Shown: positions 28,558-37,995 of the stretch, piece after piece
Layout of the letters: every line of letters begins with the position of its first letter
How positions within the stretch are numbered: position 1 is the first letter of the stretch
Assembly: GCA_023247705.1 (NCBI GenBank)
Contig: JAHFFY010000004.1
Span: 2,561 to 66,560 of the forward strand
DNA length: 64,000 nucleotides
Source of the DNA: Candidatus Omnitrophota bacterium
Lineage (GTDB): Bacteria; Omnitrophota; Gorgyraeia; Zapsychrales; JAHFFX01
Reading direction: 5' to 3'
Notes under the pieces: model-generated
Seen by the model: only the letters and a program-made list of their open reading frames with translations
Told to the model about the DNA's origin: nothing
Databases searched by the model: none
Made by a program: the position numbers and the translations under genes

Positions 28558-30387
28558 TTGGATAATATTTCCTCAGTCGACAAAAATGTAAAGCGATTCG
28601 ACTTTCTCTGGCAGCTGAAAATTTTGTTGATGCTTTTTCTTTTGGGAGCCATGGCCTACGCCAACGCTGTTTCCCATCCTTTTGTCCACGACGATGTTGT
28701 TTTTATCCAGAATAATCCGCAGATTGCCAAGTGGGACCACCTGGAACGGATTTTTCTTCATCCGGCCTTCCCTAATAAAGACATTCCGGTTAATCCGTAT
28801 TACCGCCCTTTCCTTGAGCTGATTTATCGGTTCGAATACGCGTTCTTTGCCTTTGATCCGCAGGGCTATCATCTGATCAATATCTTCATGCATATCATGA
28901 ATAGTCTTTTGGTTTATGTCTTGATGAATTTTTTATGGCGGCAAGTTGGCTTGGCGGTGGCGGTTGCTCTGATCTTTCTTCTTCATCCCATCCAGACCGA
29001 AGCGGTGGCTTGTGTCGCCGGTATTTCTAATCTCGTTTTTTCTTTTTTTCTCCTGACGGGCTTGATTTATTATGCGGTCTCAAGGCAGGCAGAAAAGAAA
29101 TTTGATCAGATCGTCTTGTATGGTTTTTCAGTGATCTGTTTTGTCGTCGCTTTATTGGCCAAAGAGCAGGCGGTGATCTTCTTGGGACTGATTGTTTTGT
29201 GTGAATTTTGTTTTCCTCCCTCTGATCAGAAGAAAAATTGCCGGCGGTTGAGAATTTCGGGTTTTTTTATTGTTTTACTGATGTATCTCTTGTGGCGAGC
29301 CATTGTGATGGGTCAGGCCACCACTGAAATGTTTACGCATAAAGACGAATTGATGTTGAGGGTTCTCCATATCCCGAGCGTTTTGCTGATGGAACTGAGT
29401 CTGTTGTTTTTTCCTCAGCATCTTCATTATTATCGTTCTTTTGATATCCTGCAGCCTTTTGTTTTGCCGCTGATTGTCTTTTTTCTGATCGGGGGAGGGA
29501 TTTATTTTTTATTGAAAGCGATCCCAAAGCCTCAGCAAAAGATGAGCGTTTTTGCTTTAGCCTGGTTTCTGATCGCCCTTGCGCCGACGCTGAATATCCT
29601 GCCGTTGATTAACGAATATTCGCTGATTTTAACCGCTGAACATTTTTTGTATCTACCGGTCATTGGGTGGGGGTTATTTGTTGTGACGGCCTGGAACCAT
29701 TTCGGAGGTATTTTCTTTCAAAAAAGAAAAGAGCAGATTGATGTTTTGATGATTGCAGGGATGTGTGTCCTATTTCTTGCGATGACAATCCAGCAAAACA
29801 CTTATTGGCGGGGCGAGATTCCGCTGTTTGAACGGATGGTGGCCTTTGAAAAGAATTTTGGCCGGGGGCATATCCTCCTGGCGAAAGCGTATTATTTCGA
29901 TCATCAGTTCGACCGCGCGATCAAGGAATACAAGACGGCGGAAACGATCATGAATATTTATTTTGACAAGACGAAAAATTCCGAAGCGGGCCGGGTTTAT
30001 GCCGGGTTTATAAAGGGGATCCATTTTGATCTGGCCCATTGTTATGAATCCAAAGGACAATTGCCCGACGCCGTCGCGGAATATGAACAAGCCCTGGAAC
30101 TTGATCCGCGGGATCCGGTCTTGCAGAATAATTTAGGCGCGGACTATCTTCAGTTGAACAATTTTGATCAGGCGATGATCCATTTTGTACAGGCCGTTCA
30201 ACTGAATGCGGTGGATCTGATGGCCAAAAATAATTTGGGGATCTGTTATATCCAAAAAGGGCAGTTCGCAAAGGCTAAGGAATTATTTGAAGAGATTTTA
30301 AAACAGGACGGCAATTTCGGGCCGGCCAGGCAAAATCTCGAAAAATTAAATTTGCAGTTTAACCAGAAATCTGCAATAGTTGAGTAA
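28558..30387 (+). CDS. TMTC-like protein: GT-C membrane domain plus C-terminal TPR repeats
   Basis: FVHDD, YYRP, HPIQTEAV, AKEQA and EHFLYLP motifs, then TPR repeats. Confidence 0.88.
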   Translation: MDNISSVDKNVKRFDFLWQLKILLMLFLLGAMAYANAVSHPFVHDDVVFIQNNPQIAKWDHLERIFLHPAFPNKDIPVNPYYRPFLELIYRFEYAFFAFDPQGYHLINIFMHIMNSLLVYVLMNFLWRQVGLAVAVALIFLLHPIQTEAVACVAGISNLVFSFFLLTGLIYYAVSRQAEKKFDQIVLYGFSVICFVVALLAKEQAVIFLGLIVLCEFCFPPSDQKKNCRRLRISGFFIVLLMYLLWRAIVMGQATTEMFTHKDELMLRVLHIPSVLLMELSLLFFPQHLHYYRSFDILQPFVLPLIVFFLIGGGIYFLLKAIPKPQQKMSVFALAWFLIALAPTLNILPLINEYSLILTAEHFLYLPVIGWGLFVVTAWNHFGGIFFQKRKEQIDVLMIAGMCVLFLAMTIQQNTYWRGEIPLFERMVAFEKNFGRGHILLAKAYYFDHQFDRAIKEYKTAETIMNIYFDKTKNSEAGRVYAGFIKGIHFDLAHCYESKGQLPDAVAEYEQALELDPRDPVLQNNLGADYLQLNNFDQAMIHFVQAVQLNAVDLMAKNNLGICYIQKGQFAKAKELFEEILKQDGNFGPARQNLEKLNLQFNQKSAIVE

Positions 30388-30464
30388 AAAAATACGCCCA
30401 ACGGATGAGATCAAGCCTGCGGGCAGATGTGATCTCAAATTCGAAATAAAATTTAAGGAGTTTT

Positions 30465-31151
30465 ATGTCCCCGTTAACGATCGTAGGCATCATTGTCATT
30501 ATTGTCGTGCTCATCTTGATGATGGTTTTCTTTTTATTCCCGACCGACCCGAGACTGAAAAAGAAAAAACGGCAGCCTCCGGAACCAACCGAGAAGGAAA
30601 AAGAATTGGAGGGCAAGGTCGGACGTCTGGAAAAACACATCGAAACCCTTAAGCACGAAATTACGGAATTCCAAAACCGGGAGAAAGCCCAAGAGCGGGA
30701 AATTGCGGCTGAGAAAGAAAACGTCCAGAAATTCCAGGAAAAACTCGTTCAGGAGAAAAGCTGGCGTGAAAAAGAGCAAGTGGATATGGATAAACGCAAT
30801 AAAGAATCGCAACAGTTCAAACAAGACCGATTGAAATTTGAACAGACCATCGAAGAAGAGCATACGATCCGTTTGAGGATAGAAAATGAATTAAGAGAGC
30901 TCAAGCGGGAATTCGAAATTGTGAACACGGAGCGAAAATCTCTGGCCACGAAAATTATGGCCTTTGAAACAACCCTGGAACAATCTCAAAAAGAATTGAC
31001 GGAATATAAACGGGAAAACGCCAAGCTGAAAGAAAAAAATGAAGCCGTCGCCTGGATCGCGAAACCCGAATATGACAAATTAGAAGCGCTGGTGAAAGAG
31101 AAGGACAAAGAGATCGAGCGTCTCAAACGGGAGCAGCCTAAAACGGAATGA
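30465..31151 (+). CDS. Membrane-anchored coiled-coil protein
   Basis: N-terminal TM followed by about 180 aa of E/K-rich heptads; AAGGAG RBS. Confidence 0.8.
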   Translation: MSPLTIVGIIVIIVVLILMMVFFLFPTDPRLKKKKRQPPEPTEKEKELEGKVGRLEKHIETLKHEITEFQNREKAQEREIAAEKENVQKFQEKLVQEKSWREKEQVDMDKRNKESQQFKQDRLKFEQTIEEEHTIRLRIENELRELKREFEIVNTERKSLATKIMAFETTLEQSQKELTEYKRENAKLKEKNEAVAWIAKPEYDKLEALVKEKDKEIERLKREQPKTE

Positions 31152-31260
31152 AAAAATGTTTTTCTGACGTGCTCGGGAAGGCAGGAGATTTTTAGAGACT
31201 TGTTGGTTAGAGACCTCGCATGTATAATGACATCCTAAATTTATTCCAAAGGAGGCAGTG

Positions 31261-31773
31261 ATGTTATCAAAAAAAATTGAAACAGCATTAAACGATCAGA
31301 TTGCCAAAGAAGCTTACGCGTCCAACTATTACTTGGCGATGGCATCATGGTGTGAAAAAAGCGGGCTAAGAGGGACGGCTTCTTTTATGTATGAACAATC
31401 AGAAGAAGAACTGGAACACATGATGAAATTGTTGCGCTATGTGAATTCTACCGGCGGACATGGTTTGGTTGCAGAAATTCCGCAACCACCCAACACCTTT
31501 AAATCCATCTCGCACGTGATCGAACTCGCGCTGGAGCATGAACTCGCGGTCACGAAATCGATCAACAAGTTGGTCGAATTATGTTTTAACGAAAAAGATT
31601 ATTCTTCTTTCAACTTTTTGCAATGGTATGTCACCGAGCAGCATGAAGAAGAGCATCTTTTCAATTCCATCCTTGATCTGATCAAAATCACCGGGACAGA
31701 CGGACGGGGCGTTTATTTTATCGATAACGAAATCGGCAAATTCCGGGAAAAGGAAGGCGCAGAAAAAAGCTGA
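31261..31773 (+). CDS. ftnA: Ferritin
   Basis: Ferroxidase pattern E..A...Y, EEELEH, EHE and FLQWYVTEQHEEE. Confidence 0.93.
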   Translation: MLSKKIETALNDQIAKEAYASNYYLAMASWCEKSGLRGTASFMYEQSEEELEHMMKLLRYVNSTGGHGLVAEIPQPPNTFKSISHVIELALEHELAVTKSINKLVELCFNEKDYSSFNFLQWYVTEQHEEEHLFNSILDLIKITGTDGRGVYFIDNEIGKFREKEGAEKS

Positions 31774-32312
31774 TGAATTTGATCATTGATCCTAATCCCA
31801 AGGACGACCAATATTCCCTCAACGGCGCGCTGGCGCAATATCTCGCCGGCTGTCTAGGCGGGCCGACCAAAGTCATCCGGATTTACGAAGGAGAACAGAG
31901 GTATTTTTATTATGAATATAATCAGGAATGGATTGATCTGATTCTTGAATCCAAACGATTGATCTTTCCCGTTCCCATGTGGAATTTTTCGATCCCAGCG
32001 GCGCTCAAGGATTTTCTGGATAAAACGACCCAGCGCGGCAAACTCTGGGATTTTGATGAAAGCAGGAATTACAAGGGGTTGTTAACGGATAAATCCGCTT
32101 TTATCATTATGACCAGCGGAGATAATCATGCCGATGATTCTGGTCAGGATTTCGTGGTCCCCTATCTGAAGACGATCTTATCTTTTTATGGTGTTCCCGA
32201 TATCCGATACTTTCGTCTCGGAGGTGTAAAAAATAAGAATTTGATCGCGGATAAAAAATTTATGACCGAAAGCTGCGAACAGATGCTGACAGCCTTCAAT
32301 ATCCGGCCGTGA
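31773..32312 (+). CDS. Flavodoxin-fold NAD(P)H-dependent oxidoreductase (AzoR-like)
   Basis: PMWNFSIPAALKDFLD and TSG motifs; TGATG coupling to ferritin. Confidence 0.82.
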   Translation: MNLIIDPNPKDDQYSLNGALAQYLAGCLGGPTKVIRIYEGEQRYFYYEYNQEWIDLILESKRLIFPVPMWNFSIPAALKDFLDKTTQRGKLWDFDESRNYKGLLTDKSAFIIMTSGDNHADDSGQDFVVPYLKTILSFYGVPDIRYFRLGGVKNKNLIADKKFMTESCEQMLTAFNIRP

Positions 32313-32376
32313 AAGAATAGAGTGCCGGGTGTATTCCTATTTACTTCAAGAGAAAATATCCCCAATTTAATTTCAT

Positions 32377-33564
32377 ATGTTTTATCCCTTTTCCCATCGG
32401 ACCAATTGGCCGCTTCAACCTAATCAGCTCATCGCAGCGTTAGAATCGTTTCGGGAAAAAGGTGTCGATGTTATTGATTTAACCGAGTCCAATCCAACGC
32501 GCTGTCAGTTCCTTTATCCGGACGGCCCAATTTTATCTTCTCTTTTGGATTCGCGTAATATTGTGTACGATCCTCTGGCCCAAGGATCTTGGGACGCACG
32601 GAAGGCTGTTTGTGAATATTATCAAGCGCGAGGGACCATTGTTGAACCGCAGCGAATCATCCTGACCTGTTCGACGAGCGAAGCGTATTCTTTTCTGTTC
32701 CGTCTTTTGGTTAACCCCGGGGAACACATTGCCGTTGGACAGCCTAGTTATCCGTTATTTCAGTATTTGATTGAGTTGAATGATGCCATAGTGGATTATT
32801 ATTCCATCGTTTATAAAAAAAAACGCTGGACCATTGATTTAGATTCGCTGGAACAGATCGTTCATGCCAACACCCGGGCGATCATCCTGGTCAATCCGAA
32901 CAATCCCACGGGATCATTTTTGACTGTTCAAGAATTAGCAAAGCTGAATGATCTTTGTCAAAAATATAAGATCGCTTTGATCAGCGACGAAGTGTTTGCG
33001 GATTATGCGTTTGGTCCGAGAGCGGATCGCGTCAACAGTTTGATCAATAATCAAGGCCCGTTGTCTTTTTCGCTCGGGGGAATTTCAAAAGCGCTCGGGC
33101 TTCCGCAGATGAAACTCTCCTGGATTGTCCTGAATGGTGAGCAAGATGTCATGAAGGAGGCATTAAAACGTTTGGAAATCATCGCCGATACCTATCTGTC
33201 CGTGAATACCCCTTCTCAAAACGCCCTGAAAGACTGGCTGTCATTGGCCCCGCATATTCAGAACATGATCCGGGAACGGGTGATGACGAATTGGAATGTT
33301 TTAAAACAGTCCGTTGCTGCGTTCGGTTTATGCGAAATTTTTGACTGTGAGGGCGGGTGGTATGCAATTTTGAAACTGCCGTCTGCTCATAACGAAGAGG
33401 AATGGGTGATGAACTTGCTGGCCAAAGATCATGTTCTTGTCTATCCGGGATATTTTTTTGATTTCAAAGAAGAGCCCTATATTGTTTTAAGTCTTTTGCC
33501 GGAGACCAAGCGATTTCAAAACGGATTGACAAAGATTTTTAAGAGGATCAAAGCCAATTCATAA
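32377..33564 (+). CDS. PLP-dependent aminotransferase class I/II
   Basis: NPNNPTG, ISDEVF and GISKALG motifs. Confidence 0.92.
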   Translation: MFYPFSHRTNWPLQPNQLIAALESFREKGVDVIDLTESNPTRCQFLYPDGPILSSLLDSRNIVYDPLAQGSWDARKAVCEYYQARGTIVEPQRIILTCSTSEAYSFLFRLLVNPGEHIAVGQPSYPLFQYLIELNDAIVDYYSIVYKKKRWTIDLDSLEQIVHANTRAIILVNPNNPTGSFLTVQELAKLNDLCQKYKIALISDEVFADYAFGPRADRVNSLINNQGPLSFSLGGISKALGLPQMKLSWIVLNGEQDVMKEALKRLEIIADTYLSVNTPSQNALKDWLSLAPHIQNMIRERVMTNWNVLKQSVAAFGLCEIFDCEGGWYAILKLPSAHNEEEWVMNLLAKDHVLVYPGYFFDFKEEPYIVLSLLPETKRFQNGLTKIFKRIKANS

Positions 33565-33598
33565 ATTTTAATATTTTCGTGGAAAGGGGTATCGTCAA

Positions 33599-34120
33599 TT
33601 GAAACAGAGGCGCGACAGATGTATTTTAATGTTTGTTGATAACATCTATGAAGAGATGGAACTTTGGTATCCGAAATACCGTCTCATGGAGGCGGGTTTT
33701 CAAGTGGTGGTCGCTGGTTGCGAAGCGGGAAAAGTTTATCTTGGAAAACATGGCTATCCGTGTCGTGCTGATGCCGATTTTTTCGGTATAAAGGCGCAGG
33801 AGTTCGACGGCCTGGTTATTCCCGGAGGGTTTGCGCCGGATCAATTGAGAAGAAATTCGCGTGTCCTTGAACTCACACGGCAGATCCATCAAGCGAAGAA
33901 ATTGGTGGCGCATATCTGTCATGCCGGATGGATTCCTATTTCGGCGGGAATTATGAAAGGGTTTACCTGCACATCCACCCCCGGGATTAAAGATGATTTG
34001 ATTAACGCGGGCGCGGTGTGGAAGGATGAGCCTGTTGTGATCGACCGTCACATGGTATCAAGCCGCCGCCCGGATGATTTGCCGCAATTTTGTCAGGGGA
34101 TTTTGAAAGTTTTGGGATAA
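33599..34120 (+). CDS. PfpI-type protease / deglycase (DJ-1/PfpI family)
   Basis: EEMELWYP, IPGGFAPD, AHICHAGW and SRRPDDL motifs. Confidence 0.92.
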   Translation: MKQRRDRCILMFVDNIYEEMELWYPKYRLMEAGFQVVVAGCEAGKVYLGKHGYPCRADADFFGIKAQEFDGLVIPGGFAPDQLRRNSRVLELTRQIHQAKKLVAHICHAGWIPISAGIMKGFTCTSTPGIKDDLINAGAVWKDEPVVIDRHMVSSRRPDDLPQFCQGILKVLG

Positions 34121-34166
34121 TACGAACTTATTTTTTATTGCGAAAGTTAAGCTGTGGTTCTTGTGT

Positions 34167-34193
34167 TTAGCATTCTCCGGTTGAGAGTGCTAA
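34167..34193 (+). promoter_or_regulatory. CIRCE element 1 (HrcA operator)
   Basis: TTAGCATTC-N9-GAGTGCTAA. Confidence 0.95.
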
Positions 34194-34213
34194 GTTTTAG
34201 AAAATTTTAAATA

Positions 34214-34241
34214 TTGACAAAAAAAAACTTTTTAGTATAAT
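34214..34241 (+). promoter_or_regulatory. sigma70 promoter of the hrcA-grpE-dnaK-dnaJ operon
   Basis: Consensus TTGACA-N16-TATAAT between the two CIRCE sites. Confidence 0.9.
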
Positions 34242-34252
34242 TTTTTATCAAA

Positions 34253-34279
34253 TTAGCATTCAGTCAGTATGAGTGCTAA
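34253..34279 (+). promoter_or_regulatory. CIRCE element 2 (HrcA operator)
   Basis: TTAGCATTC-N9-GAGTGCTAA. Confidence 0.95.
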
Positions 34280-34333
34280 TTTGTTAGAAGTGTTTGGAAG
34301 ATAAACAAATAAACCCTTCGTCAAGGAAAAGAT

Positions 34334-35068
34334 ATGACACGTAAACCTGATTATCGAGAAAGAAGAGATACGGTTTTAGGGATCGTGGTGGATCAGTATA
34401 TCCGCACGATCACACCGATCAGTTCAGGATTTATCGCCCAAGAGTATCGCTTGGATCTTAGTCCCGCGACCATTCGGAATATCATGGCTGAATTGGAAGA
34501 ACAGGGCTATTTGACTCATCCGCATACCTCCGCGGGACGTGTCCCGACACCCCAGGGTTACCGTTACTATGTAGATCATCTGATGCATGAAATTCAATTA
34601 TTAGAGGAAGAGAAAGAACGTATCAAATCCGAGTATTACGAAAATGTTATGGAGCTGGAAGATCTCCTTTCTAAAACCTCAGAGGTTATTTCTGATCTGA
34701 CGCACTATACCACTATTATTTCAATTGATGGTTTTCCTCATAAAATATTTTGCCGAGGGACAAGCTTCGTGGTGGAACATCCCGAATTTCAGGACCTCGC
34801 GAAAATAAAGAATGTCTTGCAGGCCTTGGAGCAAAAAGAGAAAATTTTAGAAGTGATTAATCGGGATCTTCAAAAGAAAATCGAAATTTACATCGGACAT
34901 GAGACCGCGTGCTCTCCTATCGTCGGTTGTTCGTTGGCCGTTGCCAAGTATCAAAAAGAAAATGGGCCCAGCGGCCGTCTAGCTGTCTTAGGTCCGACCC
35001 GGATGGATTATGAAAAAGTTGTTTCAACGTTGGATTATATCTCTGAGTTGATGAATGAATTATTGTAA
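34334..35068 (+). CDS. hrcA: Heat-inducible transcription repressor HrcA (short form)
   Basis: SPATIRNIMAELE, PHTSAGRVPT, GYRYYVD and LGPTRMDY motifs. Confidence 0.96.
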   Translation: MTRKPDYRERRDTVLGIVVDQYIRTITPISSGFIAQEYRLDLSPATIRNIMAELEEQGYLTHPHTSAGRVPTPQGYRYYVDHLMHEIQLLEEEKERIKSEYYENVMELEDLLSKTSEVISDLTHYTTIISIDGFPHKIFCRGTSFVVEHPEFQDLAKIKNVLQALEQKEKILEVINRDLQKKIEIYIGHETACSPIVGCSLAVAKYQKENGPSGRLAVLGPTRMDYEKVVSTLDYISELMNELL

Positions 35069-35130
35069 GTGATTTCGTTTTGAAGAAATTATTATGCTGA
35101 GATGTTTAGTACAAGAACCAGGGGAAGTCG

Positions 35131-35778
35131 ATGAATCCTCAAGAGAAAAAAGAAAAACCGCATGACCATTTCAATGCCGAGGGGCCCGATCATGCGCCTG
35201 AAGAAGGTTTGACGGTGGAAGATAAGAAACATCACTCTGGAGAGGAAGAAAAGCATCCCGACAAGAAAAACCATCAAAATCATCCGAAGGACAAAATGAT
35301 TCAGGTCAAAGAGTCCGAGCATCTTAAGCTGATCGAAGAGGTCGCTGCCTATAAAGATAAATATATGCGGATTTTCGCGGAATTCGATAATGCCCGCAAG
35401 CGCATGGATCGGGAAAAAATGGAATTTGTCAAATACGCCAACGAGGAATTGATCAGTGAATTCTTAGGGATTCTCGATGATTTGGAACGGTCGGTCGTGG
35501 CCGCGAAGGCCAATCATCAGGATTATTCGGCTTTTTTGAAAGGGATTGAGTTGGTGATGGCGCATGTCTATGAGTTGCTTAAGAAACATCAGGTCAAACC
35601 GATTGAGGCCACCGGAAAACTGTTTGATCCCCATTGTCACGAAGCTTTGATGCAGGAAGCCACCGACGAAAAACCGGAAGGAACTGTTTTGGAAGAATTT
35701 CAAAAGGGATATATGTTAGGCGACCGGGTGGTGCGCACCACGAAAGTCAAAGTGGCCAAGCCCAAGACAGAAGGTTGA
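35131..35778 (+). CDS. grpE: Nucleotide exchange factor GrpE
   Basis: AEFDNARKR, FDPHCHEA and QKGY motifs. Confidence 0.96.
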   Translation: MNPQEKKEKPHDHFNAEGPDHAPEEGLTVEDKKHHSGEEEKHPDKKNHQNHPKDKMIQVKESEHLKLIEEVAAYKDKYMRIFAEFDNARKRMDREKMEFVKYANEELISEFLGILDDLERSVVAAKANHQDYSAFLKGIELVMAHVYELLKKHQVKPIEATGKLFDPHCHEALMQEATDEKPEGTVLEEFQKGYMLGDRVVRTTKVKVAKPKTEG

Positions 35779-35862
35779 TTTTTTACCAGGATTTTTGAGG
35801 AGTATTCATTACGCAAAAATAATAAAAGTTAATATAAAGATAGTGGTGAGGAGGGTAATGAT

Positions 35863-37785
35863 ATGGCAAAAGTTATTGGAATTGATTTAGGGACGTCAAA
35901 CTCCGCCGCGGCGGTGATGGAAGGGGGTCGTCCGACGATTATCCCATCCGCGGAAGGGGCCGGGGTCGCTTCAGGAAAAGCGTTCCCGTCCTTCGTCGCA
36001 TTTACAAAAGACGGACAACGTCTCGTGGGTGAACCCGCACGCCGACAAGCGGCCATTAATTCGGAAGGAACGATCTACGCCGCGAAACGCAAAATGGGAA
36101 CCGACCATAAGTTCAAGGTTTTTGGAAAAGAATACACACCGCAGCAAGTCGGGGCGTTTATCCTGCAAAAAATCAAAGCGGACGCCGAAAAATATCTCGG
36201 CGATAAAGTCGAAGAAGTGGTGATCACAGTCCCCGCTTATTTTAATGATAACCAGCGTCAGGCGACCAAAGATGCCGGAGAAATCGCCGGTCTTAAAGTT
36301 CTGCGCATCATCAACGAACCGACGGCAGCCTGCCTCGCGTATGGTTTGGACAAGGCCGGCAAAGAGCAGAAGATCATGGTCTTCGATCTCGGCGGCGGTA
36401 CACTCGATGTCACAATCCTCGAGATGGGATGGGACGACGCGCACAAGGCGGCGACCTTTGAGGTTTTGTCGACGAGCGGTGATACTCAACTGGGCGGAAC
36501 CGATATGGACAATAATCTCATTGATCATATTATCAATGAATTCAAGAAAGATTCCGGGATTGATTTAAAGAACGACAAGATGGCTTTTCAACGTTTGAGA
36601 GAAGCTGCGGAGAAAGCCAAAGTCGAATTGTCCAGTACGGTTTCAACCGATATCAATCTTCCTTTTATTACCGCTGATGCCAACGGTCCGAAACATTTGA
36701 CGTTGACCATTGATCGCGCAAAGTTGGAAGATCTGGTTGCCCCGATTGTTGCGCGTTGTCGCGGACCGGTGGCCCAGGCCGTTAAAGATGCTTCGACCAA
36801 ATTAGGTGAAAATATTAAGGTCGATAAAGTCATTCTCGTTGGCGGTCCGACCCGGATGCCGATTATCCAGAAATTTGTTGAAGACGAATTAGGACAAAAG
36901 ATCGAGCGTGGAATCGACCCGATGGAATGCGTTGCTTTAGGCGCTGCGGTTCAGGCGTCGATTATCAAGGGAGAGGCAAAAGAGGTTCTGTTGCTCGATG
37001 TGACTCCACTTTCTTTAGGGATTGAAGTTCTCGGTGGTGTTTTCAATAAGCTCATTGAAAGAAACACAACGATCCCGACCAAAAAAAGCCAAATCTATTC
37101 TACCGCCGAAGACAATCAGCCCGCGGTCACGATCCGTGTTCTGCAGGGCGAGCGGCAGATGGCCAACGACAATACCGAATTGGGACGGTTTGATTTGCAG
37201 GGCATTCCGCCAGCCCCGCGCGGTGTTCCGCAAATCGAAGTAACGTTTGACATCGATGCCGACGGGATCGTTCATGTCTCTGCCAAGGATAAAGGGACCG
37301 GTAAAGAACAGTCGATCAAGATCACGGCCCCGAAGAAATTGTCGGATGAAGAGATTCAAAAGATGGTCAAGGAAGCCGAAAAGTTTGCCGAGGAAGATAA
37401 GAGGAAGAAAGAAGAAGTGGAACTGCTCAACCAGGCCAACAGCTTGGTTTACTCCACGGAGAAATCTCTCAAAGAATACGGGGATAAAGTCTCTGCAAGC
37501 GAAAAAAGCAATATTGAAAAAGAATTAACCGCGCTGAAAGAGGCCATCAAATCCAAAGATACCAACAAAATGAAACAGGGAATGGAGTCGCTGCAGACCG
37601 CTACGCATAAATTGGCGGAAGCGGTTTACAAATCCGCTGCCGCTCAGCAATCCCATGGCGCCGGAAAGGCCGCGGGTTCCGAAGGCCAGCCGTCCTCCCA
37701 GGAAGATTCACCCCGTCAAGAACAGCCGGGGGCGGGCGGGAAAGACGATATCATCGATGCGGATTTTAAGGCGAAGAATGAGTAA
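35863..37785 (+). CDS. dnaK: Chaperone DnaK
   Basis: [23 protein letters not shown] and [12 protein letters not shown] motifs. Confidence 0.99.
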   Translation: MAKVIGIDLGTSNSAAAVMEGGRPTIIPSAEGAGVASGKAFPSFVAFTKDGQRLVGEPARRQAAINSEGTIYAAKRKMGTDHKFKVFGKEYTPQQVGAFILQKIKADAEKYLGDKVEEVVITVPAYFNDNQRQATKDAGEIAGLKVLRIINEPTAACLAYGLDKAGKEQKIMVFDLGGGTLDVTILEMGWDDAHKAATFEVLSTSGDTQLGGTDMDNNLIDHIINEFKKDSGIDLKNDKMAFQRLREAAEKAKVELSSTVSTDINLPFITADANGPKHLTLTIDRAKLEDLVAPIVARCRGPVAQAVKDASTKLGENIKVDKVILVGGPTRMPIIQKFVEDELGQKIERGIDPMECVALGAAVQASIIKGEAKEVLLLDVTPLSLGIEVLGGVFNKLIERNTTIPTKKSQIYSTAEDNQPAVTIRVLQGERQMANDNTELGRFDLQGIPPAPRGVPQIEVTFDIDADGIVHVSAKDKGTGKEQSIKITAPKKLSDEEIQKMVKEAEKFAEEDKRKKEEVELLNQANSLVYSTEKSLKEYGDKVSASEKSNIEKELTALKEAIKSKDTNKMKQGMESLQTATHKLAEAVYKSAAAQQSHGAGKAAGSEGQPSSQEDSPRQEQPGAGGKDDIIDADFKAKNE

Positions 37786-37800
37786 AGGAATGGTGCTTCG

Positions 37801-37995
37801 ATGTCTAAGTGGGAGAAATTAGTTATTTTTTGTCTTGTGGTCGGAATAGGATGTCATGTTCTTCTTTCTAATGAGAAATCTTTCTATAAAGAACAAGATA
37901 ATCATATAGAACAAAATCCGATAACTTATTTTCAACCGATAGAATTTTTTTCAGCAGGGACGTCTGGTCCAGGAGTGATCAGGTTTAAAACATGA
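37801..37995 (+). CDS. Small hypothetical protein with an N-terminal hydrophobic segment between dnaK and dnaJ
   Basis: 64-aa ORF filling the gap; ATGA overlap with dnaJ. Confidence 0.5.
   Translation: MSKWEKLVIFCLVVGIGCHVLLSNEKSFYKEQDNHIEQNPITYFQPIEFFSAGTSGPGVIRFKT

Noticed and set aside
30380-30652. 90-aa plus-strand ORF
   Set aside because: Overlaps the better-supported 30465 gene (RBS, TM, coiled coil) in another frame.
35971-36528. Long antisense ORFs within dnaK
   Set aside because: Antisense open frames are a well-known by-product of dnaK codon usage.
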